In this document: one piece after another, positions 10,695-22,509 of the stretch
Layout of the letters: each line of letters starts with the position of its first letter
How positions within the stretch are numbered: the first letter of the stretch is position 1
Translations under genes and position numbers: made by a program
Notes under the pieces: model-generated
Database searches by the model: none
The model's input: only the letters and a program-made list of their open reading frames with translations
Told to the model about the DNA's origin: nothing
Assembly: GCF_001194135.2 (NCBI RefSeq)
Contig: NC_068991.1
Coordinates: 45,397,774-45,432,968, forward strand
DNA length: 35,195 nucleotides
Source: Octopus bimaculoides
Lineage: Eukaryota
Reading direction: 5' to 3'

Positions 10695-12744
10695 NNNNNN
10701 NNNNNNNNNNNNNNNNNNNNNNNNNNNNNNNNNNNNNNNNNNNNNNNNNNNNNNNNNNNNNNNNNNNNNNNNNNNNNNNNNNNNNNNNNNNNNNNNNNNN
10801 NNNNNNNNNNNNNNNNNNNNNNNNNNNNNNNNNNNNNNNNNNNNNNNNNNNNNNNNNNNNNNNNNNNNNNNNNNNNNNNNNNNNNNNNNNNNNNNNNNNN
10901 NNNNNNNNNNNNNNNNNNNNNNNNNNNNNNNNNNNNNNNNNNNNNNNNNNNNNNNNNNNNNNNNNNNNNNNNNNNNNNNNNNNNNNNNNNNNNNNNNNNN
11001 NNNNNNNNNNNNNNNNNNNNNNNNNNNNNNNNNNNNNNNNNNNNNNNNNNNNNNNNNNNNNNNNNNNNNNNNNNNNNNNNNNNNNNNNNNNNNNNNNNNN
11101 NNNNNNNNNNNNNNNNNNNNNNNNNNNNNNNNNNNNNNNNNNNNNNNNNNNNNNNNNNNNNNNNNNNNNNNNNNNNNNNNNNNNNNNNNNNNNNNNNNNN
11201 NNNNNNNNNNNNNNNNNNNNNNNNNNNNNNNNNNNAAGGAAAGAAATTAGAAACATTCGCAAGTAATTTGACATTGAGAATTTATCTTCTTTTCTTTACA
11301 TCTCTTACAATACGTTTTAAAACAAAGAAAAAAAAATAACATTCTCTCTTAGTTTTTTTCCCCTGTTGTCGTCTATCGGGCCATTGCGCTCGATGAACTC
11401 AATCTTGACAATGAATACAGGTTGAATTTACAATTTCCACGTTTCGTCTATAAGATAATTTTTGTTTAAAATAGAATACAATCTTGGCACAACACAACCA
11501 ACCAGGCACAAAACAACTCACACAACATTACATGACACAGTTAAACATAACACAAGATAACGTCGTTTAGCATCACAGTACAACGCTATGCGATACTACA
11601 ACTTAACACAATAAACACAATACAACACAACACAATATAATACAACATAATATATAGCACTACATCAAACAACGATACACGAAAATTCAAAAAGAAAACA
11701 AATTCAACAGAGCACAAAAGTGTAATATAACAACGTAGTACAACATAACGCATGCAACAAAAGAAATATCGCACAACACGAGTACAACACAGCAAAGCAA
11801 ACTCAGTGACACAACACAACGCAACACGAGAACTTAACATAACAGAACGTAATATAAAATACAATATGTATATCATAAAAGAAAACAACATCACGTAATG
11901 CAACAACGAATAGCATGTGACAGCTGATTATAGCATAACAATGCAAGATAGCATAACAATGAAAGGCGGTATAACATTGAAAGACGGTATAACACAACAT
12001 GATATTTGGTATTTGTATTTGGTTTACAAGATCCTTAATGGGAAGTCGTATATTAAAAAAGACTTCTTTGTATCTCGGGAGGGTCATTAGGTCAATACTA
12101 AACACATGCCTCGGTTCAACTTCACTTCTATGTTATTATTCATCAGTTGTTAGCTACTCAACGAACTAACCTATTTATCAGTCGGTTAATCAATCAATCA
12201 GTTGTGTTTGGCATATGTTGGTGGATGAATTCCATAAAGTTGTTTCTTCTCGTAATGTGAGGGCGAGTTCCTACGTTCACGTAGTTAACACCCAAGTTCA
12301 CATCAAGAATCTTGGGGAAAAAATTAGAAAACGAAATATTCTAAGCTCTAATCAAGGTACCATGACGCTGAAAAACATTGTGTTCTGCTGTCTCAAGATC
12401 GAAATAACCATCCAACAGTTTCACTTCATATATAAAAAGAAAAATGCATCAAGTCCACGTTGCTTACCAAATCCATCAATTCGGTGGTACGACGGTTGAA
12501 ACTCACGAAATATCGAGTTAGAAAATTAAAACGTACAATATTGTTAAAACATCGAACAGAAAATTCAACGGAAATCAGCCAGTGTCAAAAGGGAAAGACG
12601 ATTCTCCTACATGAACTTAGAAACACCCTAAGGGAAGAAGACTCATAGAAGTCATCCAATATGAAACAACACAACACAACACAACACAACACAATACAAA
12701 ACACGTCACACAGAATACAACACAGCGTTGTATACCAGATCCTT

Positions 12745-13157
12745 TCATCTGAAACAAATCGGTGGACCGCAGCCGTAGTGGGGTACCGCCTTGAAGTCAA
12801 ATGAATCAACCTCAGTACTTATTTTGTAAGCCTGGTCCTTATTCTATCGGTCTCTTATGTCGAACTGCTAACTTACGGGGTGGGGCGTACACATATCAGC
12901 AGTAGCTGTCCTGTTGTCAAGCGATGGCAGGACACAATATACACACTCTCCCGAGCACGCAGACACGCACGCACGCGCGCACACACACGCTCATACGCAC
13001 GCACACACACGGCGGCCTTCTTACACCTAGCATCTTCCAAATCCACTCTCCATGCTATAGTAGAAGACATTTGCTCAAGGTGTTGCACGGTAGGACTGAA
13101 ACCAGAACCATGTGGTTGGGAAGCAAGCTTCTTGCCACACAGCCAAGCCGGCGCCTA
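12745..13157 (-). mobile_element. tRNA-derived SINE (family A here), near full length
   Basis: Reverse complement of the head 'taggcg..ggctgtgtgg.aagaagcttgcttcccaaccacatggttc', a central CA-rich tract, and the 3' block 'agaccgatagaataag'. Confidence 0.85.
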
Positions 13158-13384
13158 TCACAACATAACGCAACAGATTATAATATAATCAGTATAAGGA
13201 ATGTAACACTGTTCGACACACCAGGCCATACCACGAAAGGAAAAGCACGGAATGATATAGCGTTCTCACAACATAACACAATATAACAATACAAAAAATA
13301 TAACTTGACGAAAGGTAAGACAACAGAATATGGCATAATATAACATAAGAGATCGCAGCGTTACACAATACATATACCTAGCAC

Positions 13385-13722
13385 TAACTGGTAGTCCGTC
13401 GGTTACGACACCGAGGGTTCCAGTTGATCCGATCAACGGAATAGTGCTCAGCCACATGCTCGTGAAATTAACGTGCATGTGGCTGAGTCCTCCACAGACA
13501 CAAGTACTCTTAACGTAATTCTAAGAGAGATTCAGCATGACAGAGAATGTGACGAGGCCAGCCCTTTGAATTACAGGCATTACTCATTTTTGCAAGCTGA
13601 GTAGACTGGAGTAACGTGAACTAAAGTGTTTTACCCGAGGACACAACGCGTCACCGGGAATCGAACTCACGACCTTATGGGCGTAAACTGAATACCCTTG
13701 CCACTATGGCACGCTCCTTCAC
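13385..13722 (-). mobile_element. tRNA-derived SINE (family C), near full length
   Basis: Minus-strand head GTGAAGGAGCGTGCCATAGTGG...GAGTTCGATTCCCGG has A and B boxes. Confidence 0.85.
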
Positions 13723-14111
13723 ATTCCATATACCGTACAGTAAAAGATAGAGCTGCAATTCTTAACAGCTTCAACAAGATAGCTTATTCCAACTAAAAAG
13801 GTACGAAAGCCCAGCAATATAGGGAGCAAGGGAGGTCACTCCAACACTCGAGGAGAGAATGAGAAACATAATAGGTCGTGTAGTGTTATGACTAATCGTA
13901 TGATTCGGCGCGGGACATTTTCAAATTTTGTCAGAAAACAGAATTATTCAGTGATATTCATGATAATAACACTATAGATTTCTTGTGTTGAAGTTAATTG
14001 TAATCATTTTCTGCGTTTTTCAGCTCTGATGGTGGCTGGTAGAATTTATAGAATAAAATTGTTAAAGTGGGTACACATTCTAAGGCTTGAAAAAGGGGGA
14101 GCAACGTGTAA

Positions 14112-14325
14112 GGATAAGGAAAGTTAAGATGGAGGAGGAGCACATATTGTAGGAAGTGGGAGAAGAGGAGTGGGAGAAGAGGGATAAGGAAAGTTGGGAT
14201 GGAGGCGGAGAAGCACATATTGTAGGAAGTGGGAGTAAGGGTGGGTGAAAAGATGCTCATTGTAAGGGCAAGGAGAAGGTGGTACAGATTGTAGGGGCGA
14301 GAAACGTGTGCATATTGTAGGACTG
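14112..14325. repeat. Purine-rich minisatellite (about 71-bp unit x2, plus degenerate ATTGTAGG units)
   Basis: 'ggataaggaaagtt..gatggagg.ggag..cacatattgtaggaagtgggag' at 14112 and 14183. The attgta(g/a)g core recurs five times. Confidence 0.7.
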
Positions 14326-15669
14326 GCCCAGCTCGCCGAATATCTTGGCACCTGTCCTGACACCGCATCATTACGCAACACATGACAGCAACGTTACAGA
14401 AACTACAGCGCAGCACACATAAAATAATATACGGTAAAATAACGCATAATATATCAGAATATAGCACAAGACTACCTACGACAACAGAACAACATATATC
14501 GCATCACGACACAGCTGATCTTTCAACGAAATAAATTGAATCTTGGGTTATCTACCCTACATTTTCAGGGGAGATAACCCAGTTAAATTGGATTAAACAA
14601 GGAAACCAATAAAACAGTTTATGAGAAAAATATTTAAATGTACTTTTGCCTTAAATTTTATAGCAACGAAACTATTAAAATCTAATATTTATTAAATTTT
14701 ACGGTGGCATACATCGATGACACAAAGTGACATACAAAAAATTCCAGCGCTCACTTTGGCTCGTGAATCTTCTTTTGTCATTCTTTTGTAGTTTACAATC
14801 ACACATAGACTCGCTATCACTCCCTCTCTTTCTCTTTCCCATATGCACTCACACATACGCACACACGCACACACATACGCCCGCGCGCAGGTAGATAAAA
14901 AGATTGGATGGATGGATGGATGAATGGATGGATGGACAATCTCACATTTTGCATTTACCATTTTTTAAATTATTTTATACTATGACTGTGTCAACATGCG
15001 TGTGTGCGCGGGCACGTGTATACTTTCGTGTATGTATAATCTTGGCATATATATGATTACAAGGGCATCTAATTTTCAGTTTGTAAGGGAATTAGAATAT
15101 TTTTGCATTTAGTCAATTTACTTCCCTTGAATACTTTGTCTTTTAAGAGTAGTTTCCCTTTGTCACGTTTAGTTTCTGTGCGAGTCAATTAAGTCACTTG
15201 AGTGTTAGAAATAATAGCCAAAATCACTCAGAGAGGTTTTAAATCAGATAACTCAGGATAGTAAAGTCCAGAATATACTATGCCTGAAAATATATTATAG
15301 AACACCTTTGATCGTAAAGCTGCTCGTTTAGAGCCAACATGCTGCTCAACAACATCAATCTTAACATAGTTCTAAGCTGATGCAATATCAATCGACAATT
15401 TCTAATAATAATGGTCTTATTACATACAGTGCTCAGGTGTACTACAACCTGTTAGGAAAGTGAAAAAGATGGGACAGAAAGTAGCAAGTAAAGAAAGATC
15501 GTAATGATACGTAAATGGGCAAAGTAAACAATAAAAGAGCCAATAAAACGAAAAGGGTGCATGTGTATGCCAAGAGAATTTTTTGCTAGTTTCGGGATGA
15601 ATAGAATTTTTGAAGGACGCAGTGTACTGAACGCTAACAATTTGACAATTCTGAACATGAGAAAATATA

Positions 15670-15835
15670 TAGGCGTGGCTGTGTGGTAAGAAGCTTGCTT
15701 CCCAACCACGTTGTTCCAGGTTCACTCCCACTGCATAGCACCTTGGGCAAGTGTCTTCTGCTATAGCTTTCGGCCGATCAGAGCCTTGCGAGTGGATTTG
15801 GTAGACGGAAATTGAAAGAAGCCCCTCGTGTGTGT

Positions 15836-15866
<31 letters not shown>
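15670..15866 (+). mobile_element. SINE family A, 5' half running into an N gap
   Basis: 'taggcgtggctgtgtggtaagaagcttgcttcccaaccac...gagtggatttggtagacggaa' followed by (TG)n. Confidence 0.85.
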
Positions 15867-16989
15867 NNNNNNNNNNNNNNNNNNNNNNNNNNNNNNNNNN
15901 NNNNNNNNNNNNNNNNNNNNNNNNNNNNNNNNNNNNNNNNNNNNNNNNNNNNNNNNNNNNNNNNNNNNNNNNNNNNNNNNNNNNNNNNNNNNNNNNNNNN
16001 NNNNNNNNNNNNNNNNNNNNNNNNNNNNNNNNNNNNNNNNNNNNNNNNNNNNNNNNNNNNNNNNNNNNNNNNNNNNNNNNNNNNNNNNNNNNNNNNNNNN
16101 NNNNNNNNNNNNNNNNNNNNNNNNNNNNNNNNNNNNNNNNNNNNNNNNNNNNNNNNNNNNNNNNNNNNNNNNNNNNNNNNNNNNNNNNNNNNNNNNNNNN
16201 NNNNNNNNNNNNNNNNNNNNNNNNNNNNNNNNNNNNNNNNNNNNNNNNNNNNNNNNNNNNNNNNNNNNNNNNNNNNNNNNNNNNNNNNNNNNNNNNNNNN
16301 NNNNNNNNNNNNNNNNNNNNNNNNNNNNNNNNNNNNNNNNNNNNNNNNNNNNNNNNNNNNNNNNNNNNNNNNNNNNNNNNNNNNNNNNNNNNNNNNNNNN
16401 NNNNNNNNNNNNNNNNNNNNNNNNNNNNNNNNNNNNNNNNNNNNNNNNNNNNNNNNNNNNNNNNNNNNNNNNNNNNNNNNNNNNNNNNNNNNNNNNNNNN
16501 NNNNNNNNNNNNNNNNNNNNNNNNNNNNNNNNNNNNNNNNNNNNNNNNNNNNNNNNNNNNNNNNNNNNNNNNNNNNNNNNNNNNNNNNNNNNNNNNNNNN
16601 NNNNNNNNNNNNNNNNNNNNNNNNNNNNNNNNNNNNNNNNNNNNNNNNNNNNNNNNNNNNNNNNNNNNNNNNNNNNNNNACCACCACCACCACTACCACC
16701 ACTACTACTACTACTACTAGGAAATGTGTGGCCTTGTAACAATGTTAGAAATCTATGTTCTAATTTCAAAGATCAATTTTGCTTTTCATTGTTGTGGAGT
16801 TGGTAAAATAAAGTATCAAGGACTGTGGTTGATGTATTTACTCCCCAACAAAGTGTGTTATTCTGAGAAAGTTAAAACTACTTTTGCTTTTGACCAGAGT
16901 GTCAGCTGTGCCTATACAGCTCTAGTTACACTGCATTTCTATTTTCATTTGATTTTGCCCTTCTCTTCTATTGAAGCCTGAATTGTTTG

Positions 16990-18170
16990 ACTGTGTCTTC
17001 TTATCATTTCAGAGATCCTCTAAGTTGTTTCTTTGAATCTTTCAGATGCCACTCAACAACTGTGCAGATCCGTCTGTTATCTATGAACCTTGCAACACGT
17101 CTAGCCCAGTGAAACTTGTATTTTCTGTATTCTGCTGTTACATCATTCACTCCATTCTGTTTTCAAATACTCTCATTTCAGATATGCCCACAATGATGTT
17201 TCTAGCATGGATCTTGTCATGGTCCTTTGCGTCATATCTAGTCACTATTCTTTCTTTTTCACAGTAGCTTGCATCTAACTTGCATATAAGAGTATACGTA
17301 GGACTATATTATTGAAAGTGAATGATCCATAAGGTTTTGTTCAGTTGTGCTTTGAACACATCTTTTGATTGAAGGAAGCAAACATCTATTCTGCTTTTAC
17401 TCTGAACAAGATTTCAGCATTCATGTCTCAGCTTCAATGCTGTCAAGAACTTGATGTAATAAGCCAAGAAATTTTAATAGATTAATATTATAGCTTAAGC
17501 AAAGTGAATGGCAATTTTCTAAAAGACTAATTCTGGTAAGAACAAAAAATTGTAGGGGAGGCTGTAAAAGACAATGAAACTCCCAACATAGGTATCATCC
17601 AACTATCATTGTTCTTCAGTAATTTCAATAAAAATGATGCTTTTCTATAAGAAGCACAGATATGCCCATCAACTATTCGAAGATTGGGAAAGGATATAGA
17701 GACTATGGATTTTATGAAGAAATCCATGGTCCCCACATCAACTTAAGTAAAAACATTCTTGCTAAGTTGGTTGCATAATATAAACACTCCCCAGACCATC
17801 ATCAAAGCATTTATCAAGGTAAGCTGCAACTGCAGCGCTTCTATTTTGCAGTTCCATTATTTATTTTTCCATGATGATAACTGATAATACAACAGAGTTT
17901 AAACAACTGAGTTCTTCAGAGAATTTATTAACGTAGTTTTTCCTCAGCAAGTAATTATTGGGAGCAGTTTCTGCAGTGAAATATATTCTGTGTCTATTTT
18001 GTAAATGAAAGTCCGTTTGTTGAACTGGAAGATAGCATTTATAAATAGATAAGTCAAATGTTCTCTAATAGCCACATTCTTATTAATAATTGTTCCATAA
18101 AAAACTGTGTGATTTCATCAAGAAAAGCGCATTGTTGGACAGCGAACATTGCTTGCATTGGAACCCTTGT
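16990..18170 (-). mobile_element. Old RTE-clade LINE remnant
   Basis: Minus-strand peptide KFHWARRVARFIDNRRICTVVEWHLKDSKKQLRG at about 17010-17120 resembles the RTE C-terminal WAGHVAR..DNRW...EW.P motif. The upstream part is heavily decayed, so the right boundary is uncertain. Confidence 0.55.
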
Positions 18171-18179
18171 AGACATATA

Positions 18180-19445
18180 ATTTTTTATCCAACTATCATG
18201 TGGGCTTTTTTTTTATACTTCTTGTATTTTTCGAGATTAAGATACACTAAGTTCTTCTTTAATCTAAAATATACTCTTCCATCTGGCTGGTAGACTTGCT
18301 AGGTCCCTCTTCCAAAATTACTTGTCTGTGATATAAAATACTCCTTCAGTACTGTTCTAACCTCATCTACAAAATTCATATTTTTTTATGTCCAAATGAT
18401 TTTGAAGACTGTGGAATAAATGATAGTCAGATAAGGCAATGTCCGGAAAATATGGTGAGTGGGGCATTGTTCCCCATTCAAACTGCTCCAGCGTTTGGAA
18501 TTCATCTTCACTGTATGTGGCTGAGCATTATCCTGATGGAAGACCATCTTTCATCTTGAAACCAAATATTGCCGTTTTTCTTCTAGCGCTGATTTAAGCC
18601 ACTCAAGCTGCTCACAGTAGATCTCCTTTGTTATCATTTGATTTGGGTTTAAAAGTTCAAAGTGGACTAAACCTTCCATATCCCACCAAACAGATAACAA
18701 CTGATGTGGGTGAAGTCCTTCTTTAGCCTGGGGTGCTGGTGTTTCTTCTTTCCCAAATCACTGCCTTCGGAGCTTGACATTTTTATAGAGAACCTATTTC
18801 TCATCAACAGTCACTATTTGGTCCAAAAAAGGTTCTTTTGTGAGACATGACAGCAAAGAAGAGCATACATTCACATTCTGCGCATGATTAGACATAGTAA
18901 GTTTGTGAGGAATCCATTGACCCAATTTGCTGACTTTTCTGATGGCACACAGGTGTCGATGAATGGTGGAATGAACAAATCCAAGTTTCTCTGTAGTTCC
19001 TCAACAGTTACAATGGGATTTTGTTCCACCAGGGTTTGAAGGATGTCCTCGTTGAGCTCTACAGATCTTCCAGGACAAGGCCCGTCTTCTAGGCTGTAGT
19101 TTCCGGCTCAGAATTTATGGAGCCACTGTTGACACTGGCTTATGCGTATTGTCTGATCTCCATAAACTGCATTAATATTCCTTGCCCTTTCTGTTGCGTT
19201 GTTGCCTTTATTGAACTCATAAAGCAAAATATGCCAAATATGCTCCTTTCTGACTTCCATTATAACTTTGGAAAAATAACTGTTAAAATTGAACTGCATT
19301 CTTTAAGACTTTCACTAAGAATAAGGACAAGGTAAGATTATTACCTGCTTTTATAGCAAGTTTACGCAGGTAGCTTATCCCGTTCCTCTCTTACTTTTAG
19401 TTCATGCAATTGAAAACACTGCATTATTTACGGGAGAACCCAATA
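18180..19445 (-). mobile_element. Near full-length decayed mariner transposon (DD34D)
   Basis: Minus-strand MEVRKEHIWHILLYEFNKGNNATERARNINAVYGD...SLEDGPCPGRS...WIPHKL...VTVDEK...VWWDMEG...HQDNAQPH...PHSPYFPDIALSDYHLF. D2-D3 spacing is 34 after correcting one frameshift. Terminus ...GGAGAACCCAA|TA near 19443. Confidence 0.9.
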
Positions 19446-19624
19446 TTTATGTGTGAGTGTGTGTATGTTTGTGTTTCCTTTTCTTGACGTTGCATGATTG
19501 TTGCAAATGAATTTCAATAATTTCCAATATTCCGTGAAAACATGTCTTACCAGCGAGAAATATTACCATTCTTAATTGTTGGCAAAAGGAGGAGCTTTGT
19601 TATAAAGAGATGACATTGGTTTCA

Positions 19625-19822
19625 TATTTTGGCACAAGGCCCATAATCTTGGGGAAGCAGGTAAGTTGATTTGACCAACCCCCAGTGCTTAACTGATCCT
19701 TATTTTATTCACCCTAAAAGGATGAAGGGCAGTGGGATTTGAACTCAGAATATAAGGATGGATGAAATGCTGCTAAGCATTTTGCCTGGCATGCTAACGG
19801 ATGCTGCTAGCTTGTTGCCTTA
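19625..19822 (-). mobile_element. SINE family B, CpG-decayed
   Basis: Collinear with 7490-7697, with CpG replaced by TpG/CpA. Confidence 0.75.
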
Positions 19823-19844
19823 TTTATCTTTTGCTTGTTGCAAT

Positions 19845-20035
19845 CATTAGACTGTTAGAGTGTGACCATGCTGTGGCATGAAGTAGTTTTAGTCGAATAA
19901 ATTGACCCTAGTACTTATTTATTTTAAGTCAGGTATTTATTCTATTGATTCCTTTTGCCAAACCACTAAGCTGGAGAGATGTGAACACACCAACAGTGGT
20001 GCCAAGCAATGGTCAAACTCAAACACACACACATG

Positions 20036-20098
<63 letters not shown>

Positions 20099-20447
20099 AA
20101 AAATAAATGAGTATATGCATATATACCTACAAGTATGTGCATACCTACGTCTACCTGTATATATAGGTGCATATCTGGGTACAGGACGTTGCAAACAAAA
20201 CGTAGACAAAAAAATAATAATAACCAGAGTACATAAAACACACAGGCCACATAGAGAACATTTTCCTTCATCAGCTGCCACCATTCTAGCACAGGCGTTT
20301 CGAAGAGTTAGCTGGCTTCTTTCAGTTTCCCTCTACCAAATACACCCACAAGGCTATAGTAGAAGACATTTGACCAAAGTGCCATGCAGTGGGATCGAAC
20401 CTGGAATCATGTGGTTGGGAAGCAAGCTTCTTATACTCCCATGCCTA
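19845..20447 (-). mobile_element. SINE family A, split by an expanded (TA)n tract and an inserted fragment (about 20100-20312)
   Basis: 3' block at 19845-20035 and 5' head block at 20313-20447, same orientation and correct order. Confidence 0.7.
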
Positions 20448-20525
20448 AAAAAAAAGAGAGTATTAGGAAGAGATGATGATGATGAGGATGAGGATGATGA
20501 GTTAGTAATAAAAACAGGATAATGC

Positions 20526-20527
<2 letters not shown>

Positions 20528-20582
<55 letters not shown>

Positions 20583-21096
20583 TGGGAAGATACTGAAGAG
20601 GAAAAAAAACAGTTTTACTGATGGATTAAGAAAAATAAGAAAATAACAGAAAAAATAACAAATAGAAAAAGTAAAGAAGATAAACACTGATACTATATTA
20701 CGTGTATGTATATGTATATATATTATATAGAGAGGGAGATAAAAAACATAGATAGATATGTACATATCTATCTGTCTATGCATATGTGTGTATGTGTGTG
20801 TGTGTGCATATATACATGAGGACGAGTCAAAAGTAATGGAAATCTTATTTACATTATTCCCTGATTCACCTTTCTATGTAGATAGAGAGAGAGAGAGAGG
20901 GGGAGAGAGAGAGGGAGAGAGAGAGAGAAACGACTTTGATTTTAATGTGCTTGCATGTCAGAGAGAGAGAGAGAGAGAGAGNNNNNNNNNNNNNNNNNNN
21001 NNNNNNNNNNNGGTGGGAGAGAGAGGGAGAGAGAGAGAGGGGGGGAGAGAGAGGGAGAGAGAGAGAGAAACGACTTTGATTTTAATGTGCTTGCAT

Positions 21097-21136
<40 letters not shown>

Positions 21137-21240
21137 GAAGAGATATAAAGAGAGAGTGAAACGGAGTGAGAGAGTGAGAGTAAATTAAGGGCAGATAAAA
21201 CTAGAGGAAGACAGAGAAAAGAAAGAAAGAGAGAGCAGAG
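20528..21240. repeat. (GA)n-rich tracts directly upstream of the promoter
   Basis: Direct reading: blocks at 20528-20579, 20881-20981 and 21012-21240. Confidence 0.9.
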
Positions 21241-21269
21241 AGCATTAGCATGTGAAAATCGACCTCGCT

Positions 21270-21315
21270 GAACTCCAGTGCGCATGCCTGAAATCTAGCG
21301 GGAAATATCAAACAG
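21270..21315 (+). promoter_or_regulatory. Putative promoter: NRF1-like TGCGCATGC (21279-21287) and E2F-like GCGGGAAA (21298-21305)
   Basis: Motifs read directly, in a locally CpG-containing patch about 115-140 bp upstream of the first coding ATG. The motif-to-factor assignment comes from known consensus sequences. Confidence 0.6.
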
Positions 21316-21419
21316 TTTTATTTTTCGTACAGTTTATTAATGTCTTGATGCTTCGTTAATATTTACATTGTACAACACAGACTTGTACATAATTTTTGAC
21401 TCTAGATTGTAGCCCAGTG

Positions 21420-21446
21420 ATGATGGACAGCGAAATGTCGCAGACG
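21420..21446 (+). CDS. Coding exon 1 (MMDSEMSQT) of an acidic, Claspin-like gene
   Basis: ATG ATG GAC AGC GAA ATG TCG CAG ACG|GTATGT. Strong donor, phase 0, matching the next exon. The second ATG has good Kozak context (A at -3, G at +4). Confidence 0.65.
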
Positions 21447-21734
21447 GTATGTATATAGTAATTATATTACATTCATCGATGTCCCGTATTCGTTCTTGTT
21501 GTTTAGCACCAATCCCGTGCCCTTTAAGCATACCTATACTCAAAGGCTCTCTAGCCATGATCATCCCGTCTTTTTAATCGGTATCATGTATTCTAATACT
21601 ACATTATCTGTTGTAATTTTAGATGTCTTTCATTTATTTTTTGGAAGATGGCAGGGGGCAAGTTAGTAAAATCAAAACTGCTATTTCTAGCACGTCGAGT
21701 AACATTGTACAATCTGTTGACGAGTGTTGTTAAT

Positions 21735-22058
21735 CTTTTGGCGACGTATTAATGTTTTTCAATATCTTTCTCTCCCCATAGACACATTTGTCTATTGTAG
21801 GGATTTAAGCCAAAAAAATCGGACTGTCCATATTTTAAACTAATATTTTAAAAAAATTTGTTTTAAATTTCGAAACATTAAAAATTTTTTTCGAACATTT
21901 AAGAAATATTTGTTTTAAATTTCGAAACATTAAAAAAAAAAATGTTTATAATCGTATGAATTCCCGTATGTAGAACACAAATTCACAAAAATTTTCTGAA
22001 AATTCCCCAAAATAAAAGTTTTGAGGGGTTATATGCCATGCATAAAGCAGAATTCCGC
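21735..22058. mobile_element. Truncated MITE-like element, same family as 33554-34031 in the opposite orientation
   Basis: 'gtagaacacaaattcacaaaaattttctgaaaattcccc...gaggggttatatg...gcagaattcc' is the reverse complement of the 33554 left arm. Internal duplication 'atttgttttaaatttcgaaacattaaaaa' occurs twice. Confidence 0.65.
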
Positions 22059-22204
22059 CAATCTTTTTATACACTTACGGTATGTGTGATTTTATCTGTT
22101 TGTCCACACGGGTACTCTTATACAGGTATGCCTTATGTGTGAATTCTGTAATTCTGGACAAAAACAATGACATGCACACATACACACATGTATGTATGTG
22201 TGTA

Positions 22205-22500
22205 GCTTGTTTTAGTCAATGAATTGCGCCCATGCTAGGTGCCCGCCTTGAAGGGTTTAGTCGAACAAATCGATTCCAGAACTTTTTTTCTTCAATCTGG
22301 TGCTTCTTTTGGTCTCTTTCGTTCAACTGCTTGCTTACGGCAATGTGAATAAACTAACTTAGCGGTTCGGCAAAAGAGACCGATAGAATAAGTATTAGGC
22401 TTACAAAAAATAAGCCTTGGGGTCGATTTGCTCGACTAAAAAAGGTGGTGCTCCAGCATGGCCGCAGTCAAATGACTGAAACAAGCAAAAGAGTAAGAGT
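22205..22500. mobile_element. Two SINE-A 3' halves in inverted orientation
   Basis: 22205-22350 is a degenerate minus copy. 22355-22500 is a well-preserved plus copy ending 'gactgaaacaagcaaaagagtaagag'. Confidence 0.7.
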
Positions 22501-22509
22501 ATATATATA

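Larger units (their letters stand above)
8900..14520. repeat. Patchy degenerate pentamer satellite, (AACAC/AACAT)n, interrupted by SINE and LINE insertions
   Basis: Blocks at about 8900-9135, 9340-9420, 9775-9930, 10415-10580, 11485-12000, 12660-12730, 13157-13380 and 14370-14520. Confidence 0.75.

Noticed and set aside
12215-12648. ORFs of 94 and 62 aa in a unique-looking stretch
   Set aside because: No recognisable motif, no convincing splice sites and no frame-compatible neighbours.
14544-14581. Short hairpins (TGGGTTATCT/AGATAACCCA here; CTGACAGT/ACTGTCAG at 5764-5787) as terminators or miRNAs
   Set aside because: Stems of 8-10 bp occur by chance in 35 kb, are too short for a pre-miRNA, and intrinsic terminators do not apply in this eukaryotic context.
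20881-21125. Tandem duplication of 'gagagaaacgactttgattttaatgtgcttgcatgtcagagag' upstream of the promoter
   Set aside because: The two identical copies flank a 30-N gap, which is typical of an unmerged contig overlap.
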